Shown here: piece after piece, positions 20,463-29,866 of the stretch | How positions within the stretch are numbered: position 1 is the stretch's first letter | How the letters are laid out: each line of letters begins with the position of its first letter | From: an uncultured Gemmatimonadales bacterium | Lineage (GTDB): Bacteria > Gemmatimonadota > Gemmatimonadetes > Longimicrobiales > RSA9 | NCBI GenBank assembly: GCA_963783305.1 | Contig: CAWAMW010000016.1 | Coordinates: 384,001 to 448,000 of the forward strand | DNA: 64,000 nt | Reading direction: 5' to 3' | Position numbers and translations under genes: made by a program | The notes under the pieces: generated by a model | Seen by the model: the letters and a program-made list of their open reading frames with translations, nothing else | What the model was told of the DNA's origin: nothing | The model's database searches: none

Positions 20463-22928
20463 TCAGTCGTGGCCGCCGATGGGGCTCCCCGGCGGCGATG
20501 GGAGCGGACGCGGGGCGTCCCACGCGTCCGCCGGGCGATCCAGAAAGCGCTGGATATCCGCGGCCAGCCGCACCGCGTGGGCCTGGCTCATCTCGTCGGG
20601 GTGCCGGCGCATTGCGGCCAGCCGCTCATGCAGGGACCGGAGGCGCAGCTCCGCCACGGCCCGGACCTGCGGCATCGCGGCCGCGGCGGCGAGGCTCATG
20701 AGCTCTCGCACCACCACGTCCTCCACCACCCGTTTCACTTCCGCTTCATAGCCATTGGCGACCGGAGCGCCGAAGGTAGCCGCCTCGAGGCGGTCCAGCG
20801 CCTCGCCGAGCCCGGGCATCCCTGGCTCCAGCGCCGCCTGCTCCACCAGCCGCGCCGCCCGCTCCGGGTGCAGGATCATGGCCACGGTCATCTCGGCGGC
20901 CACCGCCGCGGGGGAGATCGGGTCGAACGTGATGCCGGTGAACCGATCGAAGAGCTCGCGATGCGAGGGATAGCCGTAGGGCCGGGGCGGGATCACGGCC
21001 AGGAGGTCCCGGGGCAGAGTGAGTGCGGCCGGCCGAAGCGTCTCCAGCAACGCGTCCAGCGCCCGGAGCTGATCGGCGGCGGGCACCCGCTGGAGCGGCA
21101 CCTGGCCATCGCCGCGAAGCGCGTACGTATAGGTCATCCCGCCCAGCACCTTGGCGGTGGCCTCGACCTGATAACGGTGGTGCAGGTAGAGCGGGACCAG
21201 CGCCTCCTCCAGCGTTGCAAGCGGCGCCCCCATGCGGATCGCGCCTTCGCCGAACCGCTCCAGCGCCGCCGCTCTCACGCCCATCATCCGACGCAGCTCG
21301 GCGGCCGCGTCGGCGCCATTGTCCCAGAGGTGGGCTCGAGGGTGGGCGCTCCCGAGCGGCCGGGCGTCCTGGTCGCTCAGAAAGACGAGCCCTCGGCTGC
21401 GGGCCTGGTCAATAACCGCCTCGAGCGCCGCGTCCTCGTCCGTGCCCTCCGGGAAATCCGTATAGCCGTATGTGATGGCTGCCTTGTCCCACTCCCCGAT
21501 ACCGGTGTCGTATGCGTCGGAGAGGTCGATCGTGCCGTCCGGCCGCAGGCGCGCCACGGGGTGCGGGTAGTCCATGACCGAAGCCTGGTCCGATGCACTG
21601 GCCACGTAGTTGTGTGCGAGTCCGAGCGTGTGCCCTACCTCGTGCGCCGAGAGCTGTCGGATCCGCGCCAGCGCCATCTCGGCCATGTCGGTCGGGGTGC
21701 TGACCCCTTCCTCGTACGGGGACAGCAACCCCTCCGCCAGCAGGTAGTCCTGTCGCACCCGCAGCGAGCCCAGAAGCACGTGCCCCTTGATGATCTCACC
21801 CGTACGGGGATCTGTGACCGAGCTACCGTAGCTCCAACCGCGCGTCGACCGGTGCACCCAGTTGATGACGTTGTATCGGACGTCGAGCGGATCGGCGCTG
21901 TCCGGGAGGACCTCCACCCGGAACGCATCCCTGTAGCCGGCCGCCTCGAACGCCTGGTTCCACCAGCGGGCGCCCTCGAGGAGTGCCGAGCGCACGGGCT
22001 CCGGAGCCCCGGGATCCAGGTAGTAGACGATCGGCTCCACCGGCTCGCTCATCGCCGCGGCCGGGTCCTTCTTTTCCAGTCGGTGCCGTGCGATCCAGCG
22101 TCGCTCCATGGGCTCCCCCAGGGGTGCGGCGTAGTCGAGCCACGATACGCCGAAATAGCCCGCGCGCGGGTCCAGCTCACGGGGCTCGTAGCCGGGGGGC
22201 GGCGAAGCGACGAAGGAATGCCGCTGCCGCACCGTCACCGCCTCGGCGCTGGGTGTGACCGATCGGATCTCGCCGCCCGCCGGGTCGCCCTCGAAGGTGA
22301 GCACCACCTCCACCTCGGTATTTCGGGGGAACGCCCGTGTATTCTCGCCGTGGACTGCGCTGCGGCTCCGGTCCACCTTGTAGGTACCCTGGCCGCCGCG
22401 CCGCAGCCGCTCGGCCACGCCGTGGACGTCACGGAGCACGAAGTCGGTGGCGTCCACCAGCAGCCGACCCTCCGACTCGGCGACGATCTCGAACCCCCAC
22501 AGCACCGAGCGCGCGAACGCGTCCTCCACCGCCCGCCGCTCGGCGGCGTTGTCCGTCACGGCACGGAACGCGTAGTTGGGCTCGGTCAGCAAGAGCTTCC
22601 CGTCCGCGCGTTCGAAGAACACGACCCGGGTCCGCCCGAGCTGGTTCCGATCGAGCCCGATGTCGTTCGAACCGATCCCGGCCGCCAGCGAGTGGACGTA
22701 CAGGAACTCGATGTCGGTCTCCGGGACCTCGAGCCACAGCTTCCCCTCGTCCTCGTCCCGGTAGAAGGGGAGGAATCCGTCGTGGCGCTCCAGCCCAGCG
22801 GTCTTCGAGGCGATGCTCGGCAGTGTGCTCCCCGGGGCCGGAGCCGCGGGTGCGCCTCCGCCCGCGCCGGTGGCACAGCCGGTGGACACGGCGAGGATCA
22901 GAGCGGGCAGGAGCTGGAGGCGTCGCAT
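20463..22928 (-). CDS. Zinc-dependent metalloprotease lipoprotein (DUF5117/DUF4953, metzincin)
   Basis: HEVGHTLGLAH and SVMDY Met-turn; lipobox VSTG-C after ATG 22928. Confidence 0.9.
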   Translation of the reverse strand: MRRLQLLPALILAVSTGCATGAGGGAPAAPAPGSTLPSIASKTAGLERHDGFLPFYRDEDEGKLWLEVPETDIEFLYVHSLAAGIGSNDIGLDRNQLGRTRVVFFERADGKLLLTEPNYAFRAVTDNAAERRAVEDAFARSVLWGFEIVAESEGRLLVDATDFVLRDVHGVAERLRRGGQGTYKVDRSRSAVHGENTRAFPRNTEVEVVLTFEGDPAGGEIRSVTPSAEAVTVRQRHSFVASPPPGYEPRELDPRAGYFGVSWLDYAAPLGEPMERRWIARHRLEKKDPAAAMSEPVEPIVYYLDPGAPEPVRSALLEGARWWNQAFEAAGYRDAFRVEVLPDSADPLDVRYNVINWVHRSTRGWSYGSSVTDPRTGEIIKGHVLLGSLRVRQDYLLAEGLLSPYEEGVSTPTDMAEMALARIRQLSAHEVGHTLGLAHNYVASASDQASVMDYPHPVARLRPDGTIDLSDAYDTGIGEWDKAAITYGYTDFPEGTDEDAALEAVIDQARSRGLVFLSDQDARPLGSAHPRAHLWDNGADAAAELRRMMGVRAAALERFGEGAIRMGAPLATLEEALVPLYLHHRYQVEATAKVLGGMTYTYALRGDGQVPLQRVPAADQLRALDALLETLRPAALTLPRDLLAVIPPRPYGYPSHRELFDRFTGITFDPISPAAVAAEMTVAMILHPERAARLVEQAALEPGMPGLGEALDRLEAATFGAPVANGYEAEVKRVVEDVVVRELMSLAAAAAMPQVRAVAELRLRSLHERLAAMRRHPDEMSQAHAVRLAADIQRFLDRPADAWDAPRPLPSPPGSPIGGHD

Positions 22929-23032
22929 AGGTCGTCTGGTGTGGGTCGGAGATTCGCTGCTCGGAGCCGCGGCTGGGCGGTGAATATGCGATGACGCCCG
23001 AGCCGGCGCCAACCGCCGGCCGTGCTTAGCGG

Positions 23033-23048
23033 TGGCGGGCTCCTTGCG
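23033..23048 (+). promoter_or_regulatory. Candidate sigma54 promoter of ligC
   Basis: TGGCGGGCTCCTTGCG. Confidence 0.5.
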
Positions 23049-23086
23049 CGTTGGCGGGGAGACGCCAACAAGGAGCCGCCAGAGCG

Positions 23087-24136
23087 ATGTCCGACTTCTC
23101 ACTGCCGATCACGCCGCCTCTCCCGCCCATGGAGGCCCGTTCCACCGACACGGTGCCGGTGGAAGGCGACTGGCTGTACGAACCGAAGTGGGATGGCTTT
23201 CGCTGTATCGTGTTCCGGGACCACTCGGCCGTGGAGCTGCAGTCGAAATCGTCGAAATCGCTCACGCGGTATTTCCCGGAGGTCGTGGATGCGGTCCGGT
23301 CGCTGGGCGCCCGGCAGTTCGTCCTCGACTGCGAGCTGCTGGTCCCCGAGGAGGAGGATGTGTCGTTCGATCTCCTCCTGCAGCGCATCCATCCCGCCGA
23401 GAGCCGGGTGCGCCGGCTCTCCACCGAAACGCCGGCATGGCTGATCGCATTCGACCTGCTGGCCCGCGGCTCTACGCGATCCCTGCTGGACTGGCCGCTG
23501 GTGGAGCGCCGCGCCGACCTGGAGGAGTTCGCGGCCGAGTACCTGGACGACTCGGACCGTGTTCATATCACTCCCGCCTCCGACGATCCCACCGTGGCCC
23601 GCGACTGGCTCGACCGGCTGTCGGGTGTGGACGGTGTGATGGCCAAGGACCCGTCGCGTGAGTACGCCAGCGGCTCCCGCGACGCCATGTGGAAGGTGAA
23701 GCGCCGTCGCACCGCCGACTGCGTGGTGGGCGGATTCCGGTATTCCAGGAACAGCGGCATCGGCTCGCTCCTGCTGGGGCTGCACGACGACCAGGGGCTC
23801 CTCCACCACGTGGGCTTCTGCTCCAGCTTCCCCGACGCCGAGCGTGATCGGCTCCTGGACGTGGTCGAGCCGCTCATCGAGGAGCCCGGGTTCACCGGCA
23901 ATGCGCCGGGCGGGCCCAGCCGCTGGTCCACCGAGCGCTCGAGGGAGTGGCAGCCGCTCAGGAACGAGCTGGTCGTGCAGGTCGGCTATGACCATTTCAC
24001 CGGAGGTCGGTTCCGCCACGGCACCGCGCTCGACCGCTGGCGGCCGGACAAGGATCCCCGCCAGTGCACGCTCGACCAGGTGGAGCGGGAAGGGCGGGGC
24101 GCGCTCCGCGTCCTCCGCCACGGGCTCGGGTCCTAG
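23087..24136 (+). CDS. ligC: ATP-dependent DNA ligase (LigC-like)
   Basis: YEPKWDGFR (KxDG), TADCVVGGFR, GSLLLGL, RFRHG, RWRPDKDP..C. Confidence 0.88.
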   Translation: MSDFSLPITPPLPPMEARSTDTVPVEGDWLYEPKWDGFRCIVFRDHSAVELQSKSSKSLTRYFPEVVDAVRSLGARQFVLDCELLVPEEEDVSFDLLLQRIHPAESRVRRLSTETPAWLIAFDLLARGSTRSLLDWPLVERRADLEEFAAEYLDDSDRVHITPASDDPTVARDWLDRLSGVDGVMAKDPSREYASGSRDAMWKVKRRRTADCVVGGFRYSRNSGIGSLLLGLHDDQGLLHHVGFCSSFPDAERDRLLDVVEPLIEEPGFTGNAPGGPSRWSTERSREWQPLRNELVVQVGYDHFTGGRFRHGTALDRWRPDKDPRQCTLDQVEREGRGALRVLRHGLGS

Positions 24137-24822
24137 AACCGGACTCCGACCCGCAGCTCGGCGGCCGCAGAAGGGAAGGGGGCGAGTCCGAGGTCCCCGT
24201 CGAAGCCGTCCACGGACGCGGCGAGGCCCAAAGTGAAGCCTCCCACGGCCGCCACCACGCCACCTTCCACGCCCAGCGCGAGCCCGCTGGCCGTCACGTC
24301 CACGTCCATGATCGTCCCCGTGGTCCGGGCGCCAAGTCCCCGAACTTCCGCGTACGGGCGGCTCCGGATCCCGCCGATGGAGAGCGGCCGGACCAACCGG
24401 AGCCCCAGCCCGCCGGCCAGTACCGTCGAGGCGTCCGCCCCCGGGGCCAGCCGCGCGGCGCCCGCATGGCCGGTGGCGCACACCGTCAGACCGAGGGCGG
24501 AAAGCGGCAGCGGCACCGCTGCCGTGGCCCGCCCGATGTCCGGATCGGGACCGTCCAGTTGCATCCGTCGGTAGCCCACGCGGAGCGAAACGGGGCCGGG
24601 AGCCAGGGTCCCGTGTACGCCCACGGTCGGACCCGTCAGTCCACCCGCAGCGTCATACGAGGCCATGCCGATGGCGGCCTCCACGCCCGTCCCGGAGGCG
24701 ATTCCGCAGCTCTGCGCCCACAGCGGTGAGCCGCCCCCCGTCAGTCCGAGCAGCGCCGCCGTGACTACCGCGGCGGCGGCAGTCCTCCCTGTGTGTCCGG
24801 GCCCACCCGTCCCCCCGCTCAT
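24133..24822 (-). CDS. Secreted, probable outer-membrane beta-barrel protein
   Basis: Signal peptide, alternating beta-strand pattern, C-terminal LRVGVRF; overlaps the upstream gene. Confidence 0.55.
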   Translation of the reverse strand: MSGGTGGPGHTGRTAAAAVVTAALLGLTGGGSPLWAQSCGIASGTGVEAAIGMASYDAAGGLTGPTVGVHGTLAPGPVSLRVGYRRMQLDGPDPDIGRATAAVPLPLSALGLTVCATGHAGAARLAPGADASTVLAGGLGLRLVRPLSIGGIRSRPYAEVRGLGARTTGTIMDVDVTASGLALGVEGGVVAAVGGFTLGLAASVDGFDGDLGLAPFPSAAAELRVGVRF

Positions 24823-26585
24823 CGGACGCGCACCAGCGAACCGCGGAGCGCCGACCCCGGCGGTGGCCCCCCGGGCCGCGCGCGCAGGACCGCCTGTCCG
24901 TCGCCCGGAATGAAGAACCGCGCGAACGCCGCTCCGCCGGGCAGCAGCTCGAGATGGAGCGGATTGGCGGCCGTCAGCGAGAGCACGCGCAGCGGGTAGT
25001 CATCCCCCTGCTGCGTGCTGGGATAGATTTCGCGAAAGTTCCAGCTGGGCAGCCTGTACGGGGCCGCCGCGGGCAGCAGGTCATCGGTGTATACCGATAC
25101 GGTCCAGTCCTGCATCCAGCTCAGCGCCGCCTCGGCGCCGAGCACGCGGTTTACGTTGTCGAGTCCGGCGTTGCGGGCGTTCACGATATCGAAGAAGAAC
25201 GCGTTGTCGCTCCGCCCGGACCGATCGGCAGCGTAGCGCAGGAAGGACCAACTGGCGCCGCGTGTGGCCAGATTGTCGATTCCCATGAGCGATGCCGTAT
25301 CCGGCTGCTCGAGGTATCGCCGGAAGTTGCCTGCGTTCCCCGCCATGTAGCGGTTGAACGCGTCGACGCCGTTCGGACGGGCGATGATGTCGTCGGCTGT
25401 GAGGTTCATCGCCGGCTCCAGGCCGGCCACCTCATAGAAGAGCAGCTCTTCCGTGATATGGCTCAGCCCCTCGTTCAGCCACGGCTCCTCGAACGCCATG
25501 GCGTCGTTTACGAACAGCCGACGGGAGGCGTTCACCAGGTGCTGAAGCTCGTGCCCGATCAGAGGGAGCGAGCGCTGCCGCACGTCCGCGCTGGTGAACG
25601 TGAGCCCCACCCTCCCGAACGGGTCCGGCGAGATGAGATAGACGATCTCCGCCTGGTTCGCGGCGGGACACGCCTCCAGCCGATCCGTCCCAACCTCAGG
25701 GAACAGGTCCCCTGACCAGAAGAAGCCGAGCGTCACGGTGCTGGCCCCTCGGGCGGTCAGCTCGTTCACCGCGCGTGTGAAAAAGAGGATCACCCGGCCA
25801 TTCCCATCGATGTCCTCCGGCACGCCCATATGGTCGGTGACCACGGGGTACACGAGCGTGTCGAAAGCGGCGCCCATCTCGAGATACTCGAACGACGTGA
25901 ACCCTCCCGGGTTGCCCGTATCCGCGACGATCACGGCGTGGTCGGAGACAGACATGACGCGGCCGGTCCGGATGTCCTCCGTCGAGCAGCTGATGGATAC
26001 ATTGAAGTCGAGCAGTTCACCCGGTGTGGGCACGTCCGCGGCGGCCGCCGCCATGGTGTGGGCGGCGGACGGGACCAGCGCGCCGGCCGCACCCCCGCGG
26101 ATCCGGGGAGTGAGCTCCCTGATCTCTCGCCGGCGCAGCCAGGCTTCGAAGCCGGTGTCCGGGATCCACTGCTCGCCCGCGACCCCGCCAAGCGCCAGCC
26201 TGCCGCCGATGCCGCCCTCCAGGCCGCCGGGAGACCCGCTTTCCCGGACGCCGGCGAGAAGGGGTCCACCGGGCTCGGCCAGCGCGCTGGATGGGCCGCC
26301 CGTCGATCCGGTGATCTCGAGGTCCAGCGGGAGCGAGACGCTGGCGTCGTCGTCCCCCGGAGCTCTCGTGCCGAAGAACGGGATGTAGAGGAACTCCGCG
26401 GTGCTCGCACCCCCGGAATCGAGGCAGAGGGTCTGATTCTCGGGGCCGCTGAGTTGGCGTACTTCCGCCACATTCAGCGGGGCGCCGTCCCCATAGACGC
26501 AGGAGAGGAGCGTGCCCGCGGGGCCGTTCACATCGGTGCCACACCCCCACAGGAGGAGGGGGGCGAGGAGGAGCGTGCGTTTCAT
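24819..26585 (-). CDS. Lipoprotein zinc metallopeptidase (M30-like)
   Basis: Lipobox LLWG-C; DIDGNGRVILFFT; GHELQHLVN and WLNEGLSH. Confidence 0.8.
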   Translation of the reverse strand: MKRTLLLAPLLLWGCGTDVNGPAGTLLSCVYGDGAPLNVAEVRQLSGPENQTLCLDSGGASTAEFLYIPFFGTRAPGDDDASVSLPLDLEITGSTGGPSSALAEPGGPLLAGVRESGSPGGLEGGIGGRLALGGVAGEQWIPDTGFEAWLRRREIRELTPRIRGGAAGALVPSAAHTMAAAAADVPTPGELLDFNVSISCSTEDIRTGRVMSVSDHAVIVADTGNPGGFTSFEYLEMGAAFDTLVYPVVTDHMGVPEDIDGNGRVILFFTRAVNELTARGASTVTLGFFWSGDLFPEVGTDRLEACPAANQAEIVYLISPDPFGRVGLTFTSADVRQRSLPLIGHELQHLVNASRRLFVNDAMAFEEPWLNEGLSHITEELLFYEVAGLEPAMNLTADDIIARPNGVDAFNRYMAGNAGNFRRYLEQPDTASLMGIDNLATRGASWSFLRYAADRSGRSDNAFFFDIVNARNAGLDNVNRVLGAEAALSWMQDWTVSVYTDDLLPAAAPYRLPSWNFREIYPSTQQGDDYPLRVLSLTAANPLHLELLPGGAAFARFFIPGDGQAVLRARPGGPPPGSALRGSLVRVR

Positions 26586-26655
26586 GGTCATCCCAGCGGG
26601 GGCGGCCCGGCGCGATCTCTCGGGCCGGGCCGCCATGTGCATGCCAGCGCTGGTG

Positions 26656-26680
26656 AAAAATAGCCGCGAGAGGCCGCGGC
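26656..26680 (-). terminator. Rho-independent terminator
   Basis: Minus strand GCCGCG-6nt-CGCGGC-TATTTTT after the DUF4097 gene. Confidence 0.6.
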
Positions 26681-26690
26681 GGCCAGCGGG

Positions 26691-27515
26691 CTACCGTCGA
26701 ACGACGACGCCGCCGTTGGTGGTGGTCGCCCGGATCAGCGGGCCACCGTCCCCGATCCGAGTGCGGATCCGGCGATCGATCCGGCCCTGCACCGTCACCG
26801 GGATGTCCAGGCGCATGCCGCCGTTCACGGTGCCGAACTCGAGCTCGGCCGAGTAATCGTCGGGGACGGCGATCTCCACACCACCATTGGTCGTCTCGAG
26901 GTCCACGCCACCACCCTGCCAGGTGCGGCCCGTGAGCTCCAGGTGCAGCCCGCCGTTCGTGGTCTCTCCCCGGACACGCCCCGCTCCGCCGGAAAGGTGG
27001 ATGCCGCCGTTCGTGGTGCGCGCCGCGACCTCGCCCGTGAGGTCGGCCAGGCGGATCCCGCCATTGCTCGCATCCAGTCGGAGCGCCGTCGCACGGGGCA
27101 CCATGAGCTCGAAGCTCGCCGACCAGTGGTCCCGGTCTCGGCTGTGGGGACCCCTCGCCTCGATGGTCGAGCCCGTCAGGATCTCCACCGCACGCGCGAG
27201 ATCCTGCGGATCGCCGTTCCGGCTGCTCGCGTTGATCCGGACGACGAGCCGGATCTCGTCCTGGTCCCAGCCTGTCACCACGATTCCGCCATTCTGCCCC
27301 GCGTCCACCGCGAGATCGGGCCGCGCTTCGAGGCTATACTCCCGCTCCTCGCAGTACTGGTCGCGGTCGTCGCTGTTCCATTGGCAGTTCGTGTCCTCAT
27401 CGACCCGGATCGGGGCCGCCTGCGCCGTGACCGCCGTGGCGGAGAGCGTGGTGAGGAGGAGAGCGGTGGCCATGAGTAGCCCCGCGAATGCCGATCCCCG
27501 AATCCGTCCCGTCAT
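26691..27515 (-). CDS. DUF4097 family beta-strand repeat protein
   Basis: Signal peptide; repeated T(T/V)NGG[IVL] motifs. Confidence 0.88.
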   Translation of the reverse strand: MTGRIRGSAFAGLLMATALLLTTLSATAVTAQAAPIRVDEDTNCQWNSDDRDQYCEEREYSLEARPDLAVDAGQNGGIVVTGWDQDEIRLVVRINASSRNGDPQDLARAVEILTGSTIEARGPHSRDRDHWSASFELMVPRATALRLDASNGGIRLADLTGEVAARTTNGGIHLSGGAGRVRGETTNGGLHLELTGRTWQGGGVDLETTNGGVEIAVPDDYSAELEFGTVNGGMRLDIPVTVQGRIDRRIRTRIGDGGPLIRATTTNGGVVVRR

Positions 27516-27560
27516 CGATCTACCCCGTTGCAGGTGGTGCAGGTGGTCTACAGGGGGTTG

Positions 27561-27585
27561 GACGGCCGCCGGGCTGGAAAGGTTG
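27561..27585 (-). promoter_or_regulatory. Candidate ECF-sigma promoter
   Basis: CAACC-N16-CGTC on the minus strand, upstream of the DUF4097 gene. Confidence 0.45.
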
Positions 27586-27599
27586 GAACGCCGGTCGGA

Positions 27600-28838
27600 C
27601 TAGTCGTGGCTCAGGAGCCGCTGGAGCTCTTCTGGCGACAGGTCGGCGGCGCTGCGGGAGCCGAGGCGGCCACCCGCGCGGTTGGACTTGCCGGCCGCCT
27701 GCTTGACCTCGGCCGGGGCCCCGGCGTAATCGAATCCCTCGAGCGATATCCGGGGCAGCGGATAGCCGAGCACGCGCTCGATCGACCGGACCTGTCCCAG
27801 GTCGGCGGCCGTCATGAACGTGATGGCATCACCCGCCGCGCCCGCCCGGCCGGTCCGGCCGATCCGATGCACGTAGTCGTCCGGGTCCTGCGGCACGTCG
27901 TAATTGATGACGTGGCTGATCCCCTCGATGTCGAGTCCGCGCTGCGCCACGTCCGTGGCCACCAGCACCTGGACGTGACCCTCCGCGAAACTCTCCATGG
28001 CGCTGCCACGCTGCTTCATGTTGCGGTCGCCGTGGATCACGTTCACCGCCATGCCCGACGAGCGCAGGCGGTGGTAGAGGAGGTCGGCGCCACGCTTGGT
28101 GCGCGTGAAGATCAGGACCTGGTCCATATCCGGGTCCTGCATCAGCTCCACCAGCAGGTCCACCTTCCGGTCCGGCCGCACCGAGTAGACCACCTGCTCG
28201 ACCGTCTCGGCCGCGGAGACGTCCGGGGACACCTCCACCCAGACCGGGTCCTTCTGGATCCGCGTGGCCAGCGCGTGCACCCCGTTCGGCATGGTCGCGC
28301 TGAACAGGAGCGTCTGCCGCTCCTTCGGCATCCGGACCAGCAGCTGCTCGAGCTGGGGCCGGAACCCCATGTCCAGCATGCGGTCTGCCTCGTCCAGGAT
28401 CAGGACATCGACCTCCGACAGATCGGCGTGCCCCTTCTCACACAGGTCGATCAGGCGACCCGGCGTGGCCACCAGCACCTCGAACCCCGCACGCAGGTCC
28501 CGGATCTGCGGCTCGTACGCCACACCCCCGTACACCTCGCCCACGTACATGTCCATGTACTTGGTCAGCTCACGGGCGTCCTCCGCCACCTGCTGCGCCA
28601 GCTCCCGTGTCGGGCATAGCACCAGCGTACGCAGTCCCTCGCGGCCCACCTGCCGCTCCAGCGTCGGGATCAGGAACCCGCCCGTCTTGCCGGTCCCCGT
28701 CTGGGCAATGCCCACGACATCACGACCCTCACGGGCCGGGGGGATCCCCTTGACCTGGATGGGCGTAGGAAGGGTCCAGCCGAGATCGGCAATGGCCTTG
28801 AGAACGGCGCTCGACGAGGTGAGCTCCTCGAACGACAT
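27600..28838 (-). CDS. DEAD-box RNA helicase
   Basis: PTPIQ, AQTGTGKT, PTRELA, TPGR, DEADRM, SAT, HRIGRTGRAG. Confidence 0.95.
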   Translation of the reverse strand: MSFEELTSSSAVLKAIADLGWTLPTPIQVKGIPPAREGRDVVGIAQTGTGKTGGFLIPTLERQVGREGLRTLVLCPTRELAQQVAEDARELTKYMDMYVGEVYGGVAYEPQIRDLRAGFEVLVATPGRLIDLCEKGHADLSEVDVLILDEADRMLDMGFRPQLEQLLVRMPKERQTLLFSATMPNGVHALATRIQKDPVWVEVSPDVSAAETVEQVVYSVRPDRKVDLLVELMQDPDMDQVLIFTRTKRGADLLYHRLRSSGMAVNVIHGDRNMKQRGSAMESFAEGHVQVLVATDVAQRGLDIEGISHVINYDVPQDPDDYVHRIGRTGRAGAAGDAITFMTAADLGQVRSIERVLGYPLPRISLEGFDYAGAPAEVKQAAGKSNRAGGRLGSRSAADLSPEELQRLLSHD

Positions 28839-28884
28839 GGATGAGACTTCCGAGCTGTCGGTAGGAATACGCGAACTCGCCAGC

Positions 28885-29082
28885 CTAACGATTGCGGCGG
28901 CGACGGGCCCGGGCGTTGCGACGACGGGCGGCCGCAGCCTTCCGCTTCTTCGCTTCGCTCGGCTTCTCGTAGAACCGCTTCTTCTTCATGTCCTTGAACC
29001 GTCCGGACCTGAGCATCTTCCGACGGAACTTCTTGAGCGCCCAGTCCAGGCGGTCGTTCTCGCTGAGTACGACCTCGACCAT
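28885..29082 (-). CDS. rpsU: 30S ribosomal protein S21
   Basis: ALKKFRRK...RFYEKPS..KKRK..AARRR. Confidence 0.95.
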   Translation of the reverse strand: MVEVVLSENDRLDWALKKFRRKMLRSGRFKDMKKKRFYEKPSEAKKRKAAAARRRNARARRRRNR

Positions 29083-29117
29083 GTTCTCTCCCTTATTCGT
29101 GGTACGAAAAGCTCACC

Positions 29118-29146
29118 AAGATACCGAGAATGGCGGGGCCTGTCAA
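29118..29146 (-). promoter_or_regulatory. Sigma70 promoter of rpsU
   Basis: TTGACA-17 bp-TATCTT on the minus strand. Confidence 0.75.
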
Positions 29147-29194
29147 AGCCGGGCCTCTCGGTCATGAGGTAGTACGGGCAACACGCGTTCCGTC

Positions 29195-29454
29195 GGGTGG
29201 CTCGGCTGCGCCTCGCAGGGTGGCTCGGCTGTCGCCTCGCAGGGTGGCTCGGCTGCGCCTCGCAGGGTGGCTCGGCTGTCGCCTCGCAGGGTGGCTCGGC
29301 TGCGCCTCGCAGGGTGGCTCGGCTGTCGCCTCGCAGGGTGGCTCGGCTGCGCCTCGCAGGGTGGCTCGGCTGTCGCCTCGCAGGGTGGCTCGGCTGTCGC
29401 CTCGCAGGGTGGCTCGGCTGTCGCCTCGCAGGGTGGCTCGGCTGTCGCCTCGCA
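29195..29454 (-). repeat. Hairpin tandem array 1: 11 units of 23/24 bp
   Basis: GGGTGGCTCGGCTG(T)CGCCTCGCA on the plus strand, order ABABABABBBB. Confidence 0.97.
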
Positions 29455-29546
29455 GGAACACCGCTGGCCGGTCCGGAGAACGCCCGCGGCAATACCCGTC
29501 ACCTCCACCACCTTGGTTCCGCGGGCCCAGGACGAGCCGGCTCCTC

Positions 29547-29786
29547 TGCGAGCGCCAGCGAGCCATACTGCGAGCGCAGCGAGCCACCCTGCGAGCGCAG
29601 CGAGCCACCCTGCGAGCGCCAGCGAGCCACCCTGCGAGCGCCAGCGAGCCACCCTGCGAGCGTCAGCGAGCCACCCTGCGAGCGTCAGCGAGCCACCCTG
29701 CGAGCGTCAGCGAGCCACCCTGCGAGGCGCAGCCGAGCCACCCTGCGAGCGTCAGCGAGCCACCCTGCGAGCGCAGCGAGCCACCC
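29547..29786 (+). repeat. Hairpin tandem array 2: 11 units of 21-23 bp, inverted relative to array 1
   Basis: TGCGAGC-G(C/T/-)CA-GCGAGCCACCC units; unit 29721..29743 is the exact reverse complement of array-1 unit A. Confidence 0.97.
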
Positions 29787-29794
29787 CCGCCTCT

Positions 29795-29823
29795 TTGTCG
29801 CCCCCGCCCCCCACCATTATCTT
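29795..29823 (+). promoter_or_regulatory. Candidate sigma70 promoter of yebC-ruvC-ruvA
   Basis: TTGTCG-17 bp-TATCTT. Confidence 0.6.
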
Positions 29824-29866
29824 GCACCGTTGGTTGCGCGACGTGCAGCGGATCGGACGGAGGCGT

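Noticed and set aside
29195..29786. Arrays as CRISPR
   Set aside because: The variable parts are only 6-10 nt, recur and are self-complementary. There are no unique spacers and no cas genes. The same applies to 40187-40403.
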